64,000 nucleotides of DNA. It comes from an uncultured Ignavibacteria bacterium (lineage in GTDB: Bacteria > Zixibacteria > MSB-5A5 > CAIYYT01). Every line of letters begins with the position of its first letter. Within the stretch, counting starts at the first letter, position 1. The notes under the pieces were generated by a model. It had not been told where the DNA came from, did no database searches, and was given only the letters and a program-made list of their open reading frames with translations. The translations under genes were made by a program, and so were the position numbers. Below are positions 50,901-60,122 of the stretch, in pieces. The stretch lies in contig CAZFNN010000001.1 in the NCBI GenBank assembly GCA_964520555.1, positions 393,761 through 457,760 of the forward strand. Reading direction: 5' to 3'.

Positions 50901-51062
50901 GCGCTCCAGACCGAGCAAGTTGCGCTCGGAGGCCCCGTGACTCATCCCGCCGCGTGGCGCAATTTCCGCCGGCTTCTTGCCCTTGATCGGCAGGTAATTC
51001 GCCCTGGCGCCACTCAGCGCCGTCGCTACTATCAGGAAAGTGTACAGCAGTATCCGCGTCAT
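47922..51062 (-). CDS. M6-family (immune inhibitor A-like) zinc metalloprotease with FG-GAP/VCBS-like repeats and T9SS C-terminal sorting domain
   Basis: HEFGHQLGLVDLYD zinc-binding motif. Repeated DxDxDG Ca-binding beta-propeller loops (DLDGDGFAEV, DIDNDGYVDIV, DLDGDGVMELFVG). The C-terminus …YVYNYPNPARESTTIRFTL…VSLRLYNTAGDLV…GVYFCQLETSGGERKHCSVAIVK is a T9SS CTD. Signal peptide present. Confidence 0.7.
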   Translation of the reverse strand: MTRILLYTFLIVATALSGARANYLPIKGKKPAEIAPRGGMSHGASERNLLGLERESKYALPRQALAATEQRVIRILAIKAQFRKEVPDDSRTTGNGTFDLRTREDFAAQEGHTIDPAPHNNAYFLAHLQALKEYYEVVSNGRLTLTFDIYPREEEAAYDLDSTMAYYGLQPPEFGLTEFYADAFAAADRDLELRFTDAVTGAPLYDAFVVFHPGSDQQNNLPNFGQPTPGDLFTGYLKLGAPIFVQNDSAVIVDGMVMPETVCQDGRVTALNAVMAHEFGHQLGLVDLYDSRTFNTAVGDFSLMDNNGFGVNIDFGEEVLVLVQGVMPIFPDAWSRAYLGFVDVVTVSSGANVQIAPAEKLTDEQQIIRVPINADEYFLIEYRRTDLDGDGLTGIQQDENTGVFLRPVREKNGPNTREYDYLTPGTGMVIWRVDELVARLDYDGDGFNNFDDNDLQWFNFRSDPRQWDNRHQFLTLMEADGLVQFGREYFAGYGSAKDYFDINNNRELGPFTNPNSAAASGAYTGITIGDISAAVATMNCDIRTEGKAANWPNFIGRGASALRVYDLNNDGEEEILTSVDNYILAYRLSGGSLFQPIPGTEVVVDRQTYDGARMAQDTLGVFGRVASDREFVMPLAIGDLDGDGFAEVISGTSRFTVAAFNSRTLTYSGEAVKRFETFIDEPLAIAPIIADVDPNNAGKEILVYTMTNRRIVLAGDGLILTNEEAVWPFRVMTDSLHRFELVSPVGGMRAGANAADLRGAAAADFDRNGTFETVEVYLNGTLRINYAGQPFTVEVGGSVFSEIALGDIDNDGYVDIVFGGDNRIYAYNWNGTAVDNFPLIVNGAYPVGPVRSAPALVDLDGDGVMELFVGTKNGEVAGFDHVGHRLTNFPRAAGGNIELPLAIAKNANSGAVMALTREGEIAAFTLARPRDTDWNALYGGGANGGSYIRSLPAVQHPSDAIGYVYNYPNPARESTTIRFTLRETGPVSLRLYNTAGDLVLESSISGTAGVDNELDLDTSRLASGVYFCQLETSGGERKHCSVAIVK

Positions 51063-51075
51063 CAGCCTTGCCCGT

Positions 51076-54000
51076 TTATAGTTTTACCGTCAGTGAGGTG
51101 CGCAGCGTGTTGGCTAGCGGCAGATTCTCGGAGGACGGAATATACGCAAAGTCCAGCCGGTACCGGCCCTTGTACTGCAATCCGACGCCGACCGTCGGCG
51201 TCTTCACTTCACCTTCCTGGTCATAGATGTATCCCGCCCGCAGCGCCAGCAGCGAACCGTACCAGTACTCGATACCGACATTCTCGATCGCTTCCTTGAA
51301 TTCCGTCGAAAAATCGTCATTCACTGTCGCCAGCAGCTTGTTGATCTCGCCGACCACCGTCAAACGGTTGTAGGGCGAATCGAGCAGCTTGTACGAAAAG
51401 CCGACCGCCAGGTTGCGCGGCAGCGCGTCCGACTGCGCTGCGTCGATGTAGCTCATGTTCGGACCCAGGTTGGTCAGCACCGCGCCGAAGCGCAGCTTCT
51501 TGGTGGCCGCGTACAGCAACCCACCTTCCACGGCAAACGAGGTGCCCGATCCCTCGCCGACTTCGCGGCCGGCACCTTGCACCGACAACCGGCTGTAGAT
51601 GATCTTCGCCGACAAGCCGACCGCCAGCGACTTCGAGGCGCGCGTGCCGTACGACAGCGTCACCGCCACGTCGAACGGATTGATCTCGCCCGTGATCTCG
51701 GATGAGGTCTCGCCCGTCACCGGGATCGTACCGTACGAGAGGAACGTCACGTTGCCGCCGATCGTGCCGAGTGTGCCGATCGGTTGCACGTAGCTGAGAA
51801 ATTCGTAATACAGGTCGTTCGCCAATTCCGGCAGCCAGTTGGCGTGCGTAAACGTCAACTCGGTCTTGCCCTGCGCGAATACCACCACGCGATCAGCCGT
51901 GGCAAACCACATCTCGCCGCTCTGGCCGACAATGTCGCGCGTGTTGCTCTGGTGCAGATCTTCGTGATAGTAGCGCTCCCATTGCCCGTCGTCGTGCGTG
52001 AAGGTGCCGTAGATCGAACCGACGTAGAGCTTCCCGCCCTGCGAGTAGAGCGCATTGATCGTGCTGCCGGCGGGATTCGCGTAGACATAAACCACGCGGC
52101 CGATCTGCAGGTTGCCGGTCTGCAGCGTGTTCTTCTGCTTGAGAATCTGCACGAAGCTGCTGATCTTGTCCTGGTCGGTCGTCTTCAGGTACTCCTGCGC
52201 CAGCTCCTCGATCGTCATCGGCCGCTCGACCTTGATCGCTTTGTAGCCGAAACTCGTCCAGGCCTTGCCGTCAAACTTCTTCAATCCCAACTCGGTGCCG
52301 ACCCACAAGTCGTTGCCGTGCATCTCCAGCGCCGTGATCTGGCCTTCAAAAACCGGCTTGTACGGCAGCCGCAGCGCAACTCCCGCCTTCGGCGTATTGA
52401 AAAACTCCGGATTCCCCGCCTGGATCTGCGCAATCTGCAGCTCCAGCCGCACGGCGTCGATCGTTCCGTAGAACTTCGTTAGCACCGTCAGCGCCGAGTC
52501 GTTGACGGACGTCGTATAGTTCACCTGATTCGACCAGGTCGTCCCGTCCCAACCGAACAGATCATCCTCGCTGGCCGCCCACGCCAGTCGGTCGCTCTTC
52601 ACAAAAATGTTCTTGATCGGTCCGGCGGTCAGCCCTTCAGCCGCTCCATATACCGTCCACTTACCGTCGCGCAGGACGCGCACGCCGGTATCGGTGCCAA
52701 CCCAGATCTGCCCGCGCCTGAACACCTCGATGCACCACACCGCCGTCGAGTCGCCGCCGGTCGAGTACTTCTCCCAACTGCGCCCGTTGTAACGGTACAG
52801 CCCGGTGGTGGTGCCGACGTACAACATCTTGTGGTCGACGCCGATGTCGAGAATCTCCCCCTCAAACACCGCGTTGAACGGAAACTGCAGATCATTGGGC
52901 AGCCGATCGCGATACGATTTCTCCAGCGCAAACATCAGGCGGTCAGCTTCCGCCTCGCTGACGGTCGAATCGGCCAACGCCTTGTTGGCCGTCTCGACGA
53001 ACGCCGCCATCCGCAAATCATCGAGACGGCAGCCGGTCCAGTTCTCTTCGAGCTTGCCCAAACTCTTGACAAATTCTTCGCGGCTGTCGAATTGCTCCGG
53101 CAGTCCGGCCTCGATCCGCGTCCGCAGCTCCACCAGCCGTTCCAGCGGGAAGCGGTTGTTCGTCCGCGCCACCTGATCGAGACGCGGCAGCACCACTTCG
53201 TCCTTCGCCGTCCCCAGCGCCCGCGCCACGATATCTTTCAAATTGTCACCCCGCCGCGGCTGAATGATATCGCCCGTGATCCAGGTCGCGCCGTTGTACC
53301 GCATCAACCCGCGGTTGGTCAACGCCCAGACGTCATAATGCGTGTAATTGTCGTTGGGAACGCCGTTCTCCATCACGGCAATCTTTTGAATCCGCTGCTC
53401 CCAGGGCACATTCCACCCGCGCCAGACGCTCAGCAGCACCGCATACGGAACCTGAATTTCGCCCGGCCGCGTTTGCGTCTCGCATGCCGTCGCGAGCGAC
53501 TCAATCTCGGTCAGTTCCTCGTCCGCCAACTGCACGTCGGCAGCCACGTCGGCGGCGCGCTGCTTCAAGGTGTTGAACGCTTCAATATTCAGCCGCAAAT
53601 CCTGCCAGTACATCAGCAGATTTTCCGCCAGCGCGTTGATGCGATCGACGCTCGTCTTGCCGCCGATCTTCAGCAGACTGGTGCGGATGCCGTTGATCTC
53701 GTCAAACGATACACCGGTATTGGCGAAACAGATCTTGCGCACCGCCTGCTTGAAGCGTTCCTTGTCGGCGGAGGCCAGCCGCCGCGATAACGTCGCCAGC
53801 AGCGTGCGGTTCGGATCGATGCTGATTGTCTCGTACTCGGACCATTCCTCGCCGTCGAGACGGCTGATCGCGTTCCCCTTCACCTGCCACGCCTGGATCT
53901 TCTCGTAAAACTCCGGCGCCAACTTGCCGTCAAACGCCTGCTGCGCCAGTTCCTTCAGCCGCGAATCGTCGCCCAGACTAAACTGGTACCAGGCATGCGC

Positions 54001-54243
54001 TAACGGATACTCGCCCAGTCCGGCGGGATTCCAATGCGTCGACGACGCGTCGTCGGCAATCGCCACAAACGCCTCACCCATCCCGGCGCTGCGGGCGTTC
54101 GGCGCAATGCGCAGAAACAGCACCGCCGCGTCGCTGATCTGGGCGTACGACGTCCGCGTCCCGAACAGCAACGATGATCCGATCAGCAAGATGATCAGCA
54201 AGAATCTTCTCATTCCACTCTCCTTCATATCGCAAGCAAACAT
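51076..54243 (-). CDS. porV: PorV/PorQ-like T9SS outer-membrane beta-barrel protein carrying a roughly 550-aa inserted beta-propeller (two-component-regulator-propeller/Y_Y_Y-type repeats)
   Basis: After the signal peptide, …AAVLFLRIAPNARSAGMGEAFVAIADDASSTHWNPAGL… matches the conserved PorV/LptO N-terminal strand. The C-terminal roughly 330 aa are beta-barrel-like and end …GRYRLDFAYIPSSENLPLANTLRTSLTVKL. The middle contains repeated …LWVGTELGLKKFDGKAWTSF…, …LYVGTTTGLYRYNGRSWEKYS…, …IWVGTDTGVRVLRDGKWTVYG…. It is adjacent to the PorU-like gene. Confidence 0.5.
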   Translation of the reverse strand: MFACDMKESGMRRFLLIILLIGSSLLFGTRTSYAQISDAAVLFLRIAPNARSAGMGEAFVAIADDASSTHWNPAGLGEYPLAHAWYQFSLGDDSRLKELAQQAFDGKLAPEFYEKIQAWQVKGNAISRLDGEEWSEYETISIDPNRTLLATLSRRLASADKERFKQAVRKICFANTGVSFDEINGIRTSLLKIGGKTSVDRINALAENLLMYWQDLRLNIEAFNTLKQRAADVAADVQLADEELTEIESLATACETQTRPGEIQVPYAVLLSVWRGWNVPWEQRIQKIAVMENGVPNDNYTHYDVWALTNRGLMRYNGATWITGDIIQPRRGDNLKDIVARALGTAKDEVVLPRLDQVARTNNRFPLERLVELRTRIEAGLPEQFDSREEFVKSLGKLEENWTGCRLDDLRMAAFVETANKALADSTVSEAEADRLMFALEKSYRDRLPNDLQFPFNAVFEGEILDIGVDHKMLYVGTTTGLYRYNGRSWEKYSTGGDSTAVWCIEVFRRGQIWVGTDTGVRVLRDGKWTVYGAAEGLTAGPIKNIFVKSDRLAWAASEDDLFGWDGTTWSNQVNYTTSVNDSALTVLTKFYGTIDAVRLELQIAQIQAGNPEFFNTPKAGVALRLPYKPVFEGQITALEMHGNDLWVGTELGLKKFDGKAWTSFGYKAIKVERPMTIEELAQEYLKTTDQDKISSFVQILKQKNTLQTGNLQIGRVVYVYANPAGSTINALYSQGGKLYVGSIYGTFTHDDGQWERYYHEDLHQSNTRDIVGQSGEMWFATADRVVVFAQGKTELTFTHANWLPELANDLYYEFLSYVQPIGTLGTIGGNVTFLSYGTIPVTGETSSEITGEINPFDVAVTLSYGTRASKSLAVGLSAKIIYSRLSVQGAGREVGEGSGTSFAVEGGLLYAATKKLRFGAVLTNLGPNMSYIDAAQSDALPRNLAVGFSYKLLDSPYNRLTVVGEINKLLATVNDDFSTEFKEAIENVGIEYWYGSLLALRAGYIYDQEGEVKTPTVGVGLQYKGRYRLDFAYIPSSENLPLANTLRTSLTVKL

Positions 54244-54247
54244 TCTA

Positions 54248-57200
54248 CTACTTCAGAACCACCAACTTGCCGGTGGCAACCGCTTTACTATTATCGTCAC
54301 CGGAGGCCCCGGCACTTGCTGCTCGAGCCGATAACTGGAACAGATACACCCCGTTAGCCGGCCGGTCACCGTCGTCATCCCGCCCGTCCCAGGCGATCCC
54401 CTGGTGCGCGCCGCGGCTCGCCGGCAACCCCGTTTTCGACCAGATTTCCAGCCCCGACAACGTAAACAGTTTCAAAATGACATGGTCGGCGTCTGCCGAC
54501 AAGACATAGCTGAATTCGCACGCTTCGGCCACCGGATTCGGATAGCACAAAAGTTCGGTTATTTCGATGCCGGCGGCGGCATTAACGTTAAAATCAACCG
54601 TCGCCAGGCTCGAGTTATTCGCCGAATCCCATGCCTTGACCTTCAATTGGTGCGGCCCGTCCTCCAGAACCGGCAAAACTAACGTCGCCTCGCCGCGCTG
54701 GTAGCTGTCGGCGTTGTAAGTGAAACTGTCAGTCACCTCGAAAGCGAATTCGGGCCGCTCGTCGATCGTCAGCTCGATTCCATGCCCGATCTCGCCGGTC
54801 AGATTGATCCCCAGCGAATCGTACAACTCCACGGTCACTTCCGTGTTCTGCTTGAGCGTGGCCCCGTTCGACAACTGCGGATTGCCGGCGAAATAGACGC
54901 TCACCGTCGGGCCGGTCGAATCCACCGTCTCCTTGTTGATACTACCGATCGCAATCGGATAAATCACTCCGGCGGCGCCGCTGGTGGCCGAGGCCGCATA
55001 GCCGCTGATCCGCGCTTCCTGCCCGCCATAGCTGATATCCTTCGGCACGACAAATTTGAGATTGAAGTCGCCGTCCCGCACCGCCACGCGCCCGCGATAG
55101 ATCTCCGGGCCGTACTCCGCGTACGATACCGTAAACGGTGGAATCACAAATGTCCGCGTCCGCTGGTTGTCAAACACGCTGATCGTCGCTTCGCCGTCAA
55201 AGTCGCTCTGCTTGACGCCATCTTTGTCTTGGATCTCGCCCGCCAGATCGGTGACCGTCAACGCCACCAGCGAATCGGGGGCGAACGTAACAAAATCGAT
55301 TTGGTTCGGCGCCAGCGCCAGCCGCGACAGCGGATCACCCATGTAAATATATTTCCGGTCGTTGTCGCCCACTCCGGCCACTCCCTGCCGCAGCAGCTTG
55401 GTCACGTAGACCGCCTCGGCAATCGTGTAGTTCTTGTCGCTCAATAGCTGCGTCATCCCCGCCTTGTTAAACTCGAAATTCGGCCGCGAATACACCAGCC
55501 GCGTCGCCGAGATCGTTCCGACCGCACCACCGTTGGCATACCGCAGCAAATCCTCCGCCATCCCTTCCGACTGCGGATTGTCGAAGAATCCAATCGAGCA
55601 GGAGGCGTTGAAGATCAGCGGCAGCCGCGCCGCATTGTTCAGCCGCGGAATATCCTGCACCCGCCGGAAAATGCGTTCGTCCGCCCAGAGGTTCTGGTTG
55701 CCATGGCCGGTATAATTGACGATCAGCCGTCCGGCGTTGATCGCGCGGATGATCGCCTCCCGCATCTCCGGCTTCTCCGAGGCTGCGCCGAGCGGATAGG
55801 CAATCCCGTAAATCTTGTCCAGAACGAATCCCGGCGGAATTATCGTTCCCGCCAGCACCTCGGTATCCTGCGTGTGAAACACCTCCGGCAAGGTCGACTG
55901 CGGGTGCTTCTCGTCATCAGCGATCAACGTGATAATGTTCCGCCAGTTACCCGCGTCCGCGGCCTCGTCATACGCCTTGATCTTTGCCGCCACCGTCTCA
56001 AACTCCGCTGCCGTCTTGACCGCCCAGCGCGCGATCACCATGTCCACCCCGCGATCGCTCGGATACGAATCGTCGGCATCCAGATCGTACAGCGAATCCA
56101 GGTAGACGAAATTCTCATCCGACACTGTCTCGTCGCCGGCCACGATGTACGGCGGGACATAGTTCACGCCACCGGTGCCCAGATTGTTGCGGAAATCATA
56201 CACGCCATCCCCGGCCAACAGGCAGTATGACGGCCGCGCACCGCTCCAATGCTCGTGCGTGTAGCGCAGAAAATCCCGAATCGCTACCGGATCAACCCGG
56301 CCGCCCGAGAACTGCGCGTAAACATCGGAGATCCGCACCACGCGCACTCGCAAACCGTCGCGTGTCTGCCGGTATGCCGCGTAGTCGACGGCATTTGCAT
56401 AGAAGTTGTCGTGCGTGATGATGATAAAGTCCGCTTGGTTGCTCTCCGCCCGGATATCGTCAACCTGCGTCGCCACGATCGCAAACGGTGTCTTCAGCGC
56501 CGCCAGGTTGCTCACGGCCAGTACCGGCTGCACTTCCGCGCTCGCGTCCTGGTCAATATACAGGTCGTTACCGTCCACCTGCACCGGCGCCACTAAAACC
56601 GGCGCCTGGACATCTGCGACATCAACAACAATCGGTGTGTCGAAACTTCCCGCGATGCGGTACGCATGCGCGTTCCCGTCGCGCCGGCCGAAAAAGTGCA
56701 GTTGCCCCGACGCCGGCAGGTTCAAATCACGCTCTAACTCAACTTCCAGGAAGTCCGTGTAGCCGTCATTGAACGCGTAATCGATACTGAATTGATTCAA
56801 CCCGTTCGTGAGCCGATTACTCGTGTAGTAGTGCACCAACCCGACACTCGAATCGCGCGGGATGTCAAAATTATTCAGCTTCAAATTGAAAGTCTGTCGC
56901 GTCGTCTTAATCCTAAACCGATTCACTGACTGCGGTGCTGGTTGCGGCAAGTTGACAAAAAGCGTCAAGTCGCCCGCCAGCCCCCAATACCAGTTGTAGT
57001 AGTCGAAAACATCATCCCCCGATTGCGAAAATTGCGCCTCTTCTTCGAAATGCAAATAATCGATCGTCCGGCTTACCGTGTCGATTACATCATCGCGATC
57101 CCCGGACACCGTTCCCATTCGCTTCGCCGGTTCGGGGAACGAGCCGCCAATCGCCAGGTAATACACGTTGCGGTCGCTGTACGGATGCCGCACATACGCC

Positions 57201-58108
57201 GGCCCCGCCTGCGACTCCCAGAAATCGCCGCCGTCGCCGTAAAACATCACATAGTCGTCGTTGCCAAAATTGCCGTCCGCCTCGCCCGCCACCACAATCG
57301 CAACCTCCATGATTGAATCGCGCGGCGCCGCGTTCGACACCGGCAGCGGCTTGCCGCCGGCAGAAAACAACCGCAGCGTCCGCGGGTCGACCCCGTTTAT
57401 ACTCGCTCCTGCGTTCGTCAAATCACTGCGCGTGATCTTGTACAAGCCGCTCTCGGTTACGGCGATTCGCACCCACGATCCGCTCAGCGCGAACGGATTA
57501 TATACTGCCGCGCCGGCGCTTCTTAGCAGCGGCTGCGTCCATGCCGCCGCCTGTTCGGCGTTCACGGCCAACTCATCCAACAACCGGTCCAGCGGGCCCG
57601 CCGCGCGCACCTCACGCAGTTCCGGCTCGCTTCCGAATGCCAACTCGATCTCTGCCGCCGTCACTTCGTGGTACGCGCCGCCGCGCTGCGCTTCGACCGG
57701 AACCACAACCTTGCCAACCCAACGCCCACGAATTAATACCGGCGCAACGACGGACACTTCCGCCACACTCTCGGCAACGGTGTTCTCTACCGATCGCAAC
57801 GCCTTGTTGCCAACGGTGACATTGGCTGAGACCAAGCTTGAATTATTGCGATTGGGGGAGTAGAAGCAGATGACGTAGGCCTCCCGCGCGCTGCCGTCGG
57901 CCGCGGCGATCGAAGTCCTTTCTGCGGTCACGACCCGGCTCACCCCTGCTGCGGCCGCGTCCATTTGCCCGTCGGCAGCCAGACGCAGACTCAAGCCCTG
58001 AGCGCTGCTGCGGACGACCGCAACCTTGGCCTCGTAGGCTTCGCTACTGCTGTAAAGGGAAAGAACTGCGCAGAAAATAAGAGCGGTGAAACGACGGGAA
58101 AATGTCAT
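54248..58108 (-). CDS. porU: Peptidase C25 (gingipain-family) cysteine protease with T9SS CTD; PorU-like (T9SS C-terminal signal peptidase) candidate
   Basis: 1286 aa. Signal peptide. The C25 catalytic dyad context is …LIVNYTGHGNQNLW… (His) and …PLIFNASCSIGFFD… (Cys). The C-terminal …CYPNPVAEACEFSYVLS…ILKLFTLSGLEIWS…GVYLFQLSARAA…GKLVVLK is a T9SS CTD. Its position immediately upstream of the PorV-like gene mirrors porU-porV synteny in Bacteroidetes. Confidence 0.55.
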   Translation of the reverse strand: MTFSRRFTALIFCAVLSLYSSSEAYEAKVAVVRSSAQGLSLRLAADGQMDAAAAGVSRVVTAERTSIAAADGSAREAYVICFYSPNRNNSSLVSANVTVGNKALRSVENTVAESVAEVSVVAPVLIRGRWVGKVVVPVEAQRGGAYHEVTAAEIELAFGSEPELREVRAAGPLDRLLDELAVNAEQAAAWTQPLLRSAGAAVYNPFALSGSWVRIAVTESGLYKITRSDLTNAGASINGVDPRTLRLFSAGGKPLPVSNAAPRDSIMEVAIVVAGEADGNFGNDDYVMFYGDGGDFWESQAGPAYVRHPYSDRNVYYLAIGGSFPEPAKRMGTVSGDRDDVIDTVSRTIDYLHFEEEAQFSQSGDDVFDYYNWYWGLAGDLTLFVNLPQPAPQSVNRFRIKTTRQTFNLKLNNFDIPRDSSVGLVHYYTSNRLTNGLNQFSIDYAFNDGYTDFLEVELERDLNLPASGQLHFFGRRDGNAHAYRIAGSFDTPIVVDVADVQAPVLVAPVQVDGNDLYIDQDASAEVQPVLAVSNLAALKTPFAIVATQVDDIRAESNQADFIIITHDNFYANAVDYAAYRQTRDGLRVRVVRISDVYAQFSGGRVDPVAIRDFLRYTHEHWSGARPSYCLLAGDGVYDFRNNLGTGGVNYVPPYIVAGDETVSDENFVYLDSLYDLDADDSYPSDRGVDMVIARWAVKTAAEFETVAAKIKAYDEAADAGNWRNIITLIADDEKHPQSTLPEVFHTQDTEVLAGTIIPPGFVLDKIYGIAYPLGAASEKPEMREAIIRAINAGRLIVNYTGHGNQNLWADERIFRRVQDIPRLNNAARLPLIFNASCSIGFFDNPQSEGMAEDLLRYANGGAVGTISATRLVYSRPNFEFNKAGMTQLLSDKNYTIAEAVYVTKLLRQGVAGVGDNDRKYIYMGDPLSRLALAPNQIDFVTFAPDSLVALTVTDLAGEIQDKDGVKQSDFDGEATISVFDNQRTRTFVIPPFTVSYAEYGPEIYRGRVAVRDGDFNLKFVVPKDISYGGQEARISGYAASATSGAAGVIYPIAIGSINKETVDSTGPTVSVYFAGNPQLSNGATLKQNTEVTVELYDSLGINLTGEIGHGIELTIDERPEFAFEVTDSFTYNADSYQRGEATLVLPVLEDGPHQLKVKAWDSANNSSLATVDFNVNAAAGIEITELLCYPNPVAEACEFSYVLSADADHVILKLFTLSGLEIWSKTGLPASRGAHQGIAWDGRDDDGDRPANGVYLFQLSARAASAGASGDDNSKAVATGKLVVLK

Positions 58109-58726
58109 CGGCTAAATCGACCTATCTCGAACTTTCGAGTATACCGGCCTGCTGCTGCAAAGCAACCGAAAACTTGCTCACAACTAAGCCGGTTTGTGAT
58201 GATCTGATTCCCACTACTTGGGAATCGCTTCATTACCTATCGGTCGATATAACCTCGCAGTTTCCTTTCGCTAACTGAAACGCCTGCAAAGAATAAACAA
58301 AAAACCCACCGCTTTGTCAACGTCCTCGTGCAATTTTCCTGCCGAAGCCAATGTGGAATAGTGGTCACGTTTGCAATTGTGTCAAATATTTTAACCGCTT
58401 CAACTTACCGAAGTTCCCCGTTTCTGGTCTCTCGAGTCGGTACTTCCGCCTTCGACATTTCTTCCTCTACGGGTCTGCAGCCGCCTGCACTTTCTGTGTC
58501 ACCCCGCCTCCGACAGCGGCCATTCAATTGCCTTACAATTCTGTTTGTGCTTTTCCCCGTTCCTTCGCAGATTAACCCGCTGTGAGTCGGGTGATCATCG
58601 TCTTGTTCATCTTGGGGCTTGGGTTCTTCATCGGATTCGTCTTCGGTCGGATGGGACGCCGCAACGATTCCGACCGCTCCTCCTGACGCTGCTTTGCAGA
58701 CTCAATAGCAAGAGGAAGGGTTTAGG

Positions 58727-58966
58727 ATGCTTCGCGACATCATCACAATCCTCCAATTGCTGACATTGGTCGGCGCCTTGCTCTGCTTGTTTGCGTCCCT
58801 CAAATACCGGACCGACAAGGGCGAACAAGCTCCACCCTTCGGAGCCGTCAAAACATCCCGGCTGCGTGCCTTCTATGGCCCGCGTGGCTTCAAGATCGCG
58901 CTGGCGGGAGGAATGTGTCTCGCGGTCCATTTCGCCCTGGCGCTCGCCAAATATCTGCTGCGCTAA
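58727..58966 (+). CDS. Small (79 aa) putative two-TM membrane protein
   Basis: Good RBS (AAGAGGAAGGG, 6 nt upstream of the ATG). Two hydrophobic helices. It lies in the roughly 1-kb divergent intergenic region between the porU-like and LRR genes. A possible 34-aa single-TM peptide (GTG 58582..58686) lies just upstream. Confidence 0.3.
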   Translation: MLRDIITILQLLTLVGALLCLFASLKYRTDKGEQAPPFGAVKTSRLRAFYGPRGFKIALAGGMCLAVHFALALAKYLLR

Positions 58967-59074
58967 CCTCGGCGCTCGCCCCCTTTTTCCGCATCAGCCG
59001 CGAAATCACTGGCGCAGCTCGTAAACGCGGAGTATATTCTCGATGAACCAACTCATTCTTAGGGGAGGTAGAAT

Positions 59075-60052
59075 ATGTCCCTGCGCTCGTGGCTCTATAG
59101 CATCACAATTCTGATTCTTGCCGTTCTGGCCCTCTGGTCCTGCTCGGGCGGCGGCACCGATGACGACGACGATGGCGATGACGGCAATACCCCGTATAAC
59201 ATCCTCGATTTCCGCGTCGCCGGCGTTTCCGACAGCTCAGTAACCCTTGCCTGGACCGCCACCGGCGATGACTCCAACTCCGGCACCGCCGCCAGGTATG
59301 ATCTGCGTGCTTACGACGAGTGGATTACCGTTGACCTGTGGGACGAAGCGATCCCGGTTCCGAATGTGCCGAAGCCCAAAGTCGCCGGTACCGCCGAGCT
59401 CTTTGAAGTGGTCGGCCTCGAAGAAAACGCCACTTACTACTTTGCGCTCATGCCCTGTGATGAGGGCAACAACTGCGCGTACTTCTCCTGCGCCGGCCCA
59501 GCGACCTGTTTCGAGGATGTCGTCGTCGACTTCCCCGACACCGCCCTGGAAAACGTGATCCGCACCGCAATCCAACTTCCGGTCGGCGATATCCTTCGCT
59601 CCGACTTGATGAACCTCACTTTCCTCGATGCCAACTGGCGCAATGTCGAGTCGCTCAGCGGCATCGAATACTGCACCTCGCTGTCTGCAGCCTTGATTAA
59701 CGGCAACGAGATCACCGACCTCTCGCCGCTCGCCGAGCTCTACGGCATGCTCCATCTTCAGGTCGGCCACAACAATATCGCCAGCATCGCGCCTCTGGCC
59801 AATTTGCACCACATCACCACCCTTTATCTTCAGAATAATCCGCTCAGCGACCTGACTCCCCTGATCACCACCGACCGGCTCCACATCCTTAATCTTGGCA
59901 ATTGCCCGGTCACCGACCTCGGGCCGCTCCTGACCAATCCCGATTTTGCCGCGAATGACACGCTCGACGTCACCGGCTGCCCGCTCTCGGACAACGCCAT
60001 CAACGTGCAGATTCCCACGCTGCAGACGCGAGGAGTCGAGGTTATCCGCTAA
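59075..60052 (+). CDS. Leucine-rich-repeat (internalin-like) lipoprotein with an N-terminal Fn3-like domain
   Basis: RBS GGGGAGG. Lipobox LALWSCSGG followed by an acidic linker. 22-residue LRRs (…LSGIEYCTSLSAALINGNEITDLSPLAELYGMLHLQVGHNNIASIAPLANLHHITTLYLQNNPLSDLTPL…). Confidence 0.65.
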   Translation: MSLRSWLYSITILILAVLALWSCSGGGTDDDDDGDDGNTPYNILDFRVAGVSDSSVTLAWTATGDDSNSGTAARYDLRAYDEWITVDLWDEAIPVPNVPKPKVAGTAELFEVVGLEENATYYFALMPCDEGNNCAYFSCAGPATCFEDVVVDFPDTALENVIRTAIQLPVGDILRSDLMNLTFLDANWRNVESLSGIEYCTSLSAALINGNEITDLSPLAELYGMLHLQVGHNNIASIAPLANLHHITTLYLQNNPLSDLTPLITTDRLHILNLGNCPVTDLGPLLTNPDFAANDTLDVTGCPLSDNAINVQIPTLQTRGVEVIR

Positions 60053-60085
60053 TTTCCTTCAACCGACAAACGTCAACTTTCATTC

Positions 60086-60122
60086 GCGCCGCCGCGGCCT
60101 CGTCCCGGCGGCGCTTCCTTTG
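60086..60122 (+). terminator. Rho-independent terminator candidate downstream of the LRR gene
   Basis: GC-rich stem GCGCCGCCG / CGGCGGCGC (9 bp) with an 11-nt loop, followed by TTCCTTT. It sits 34 nt after the stop codon at 60052. Confidence 0.45.
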
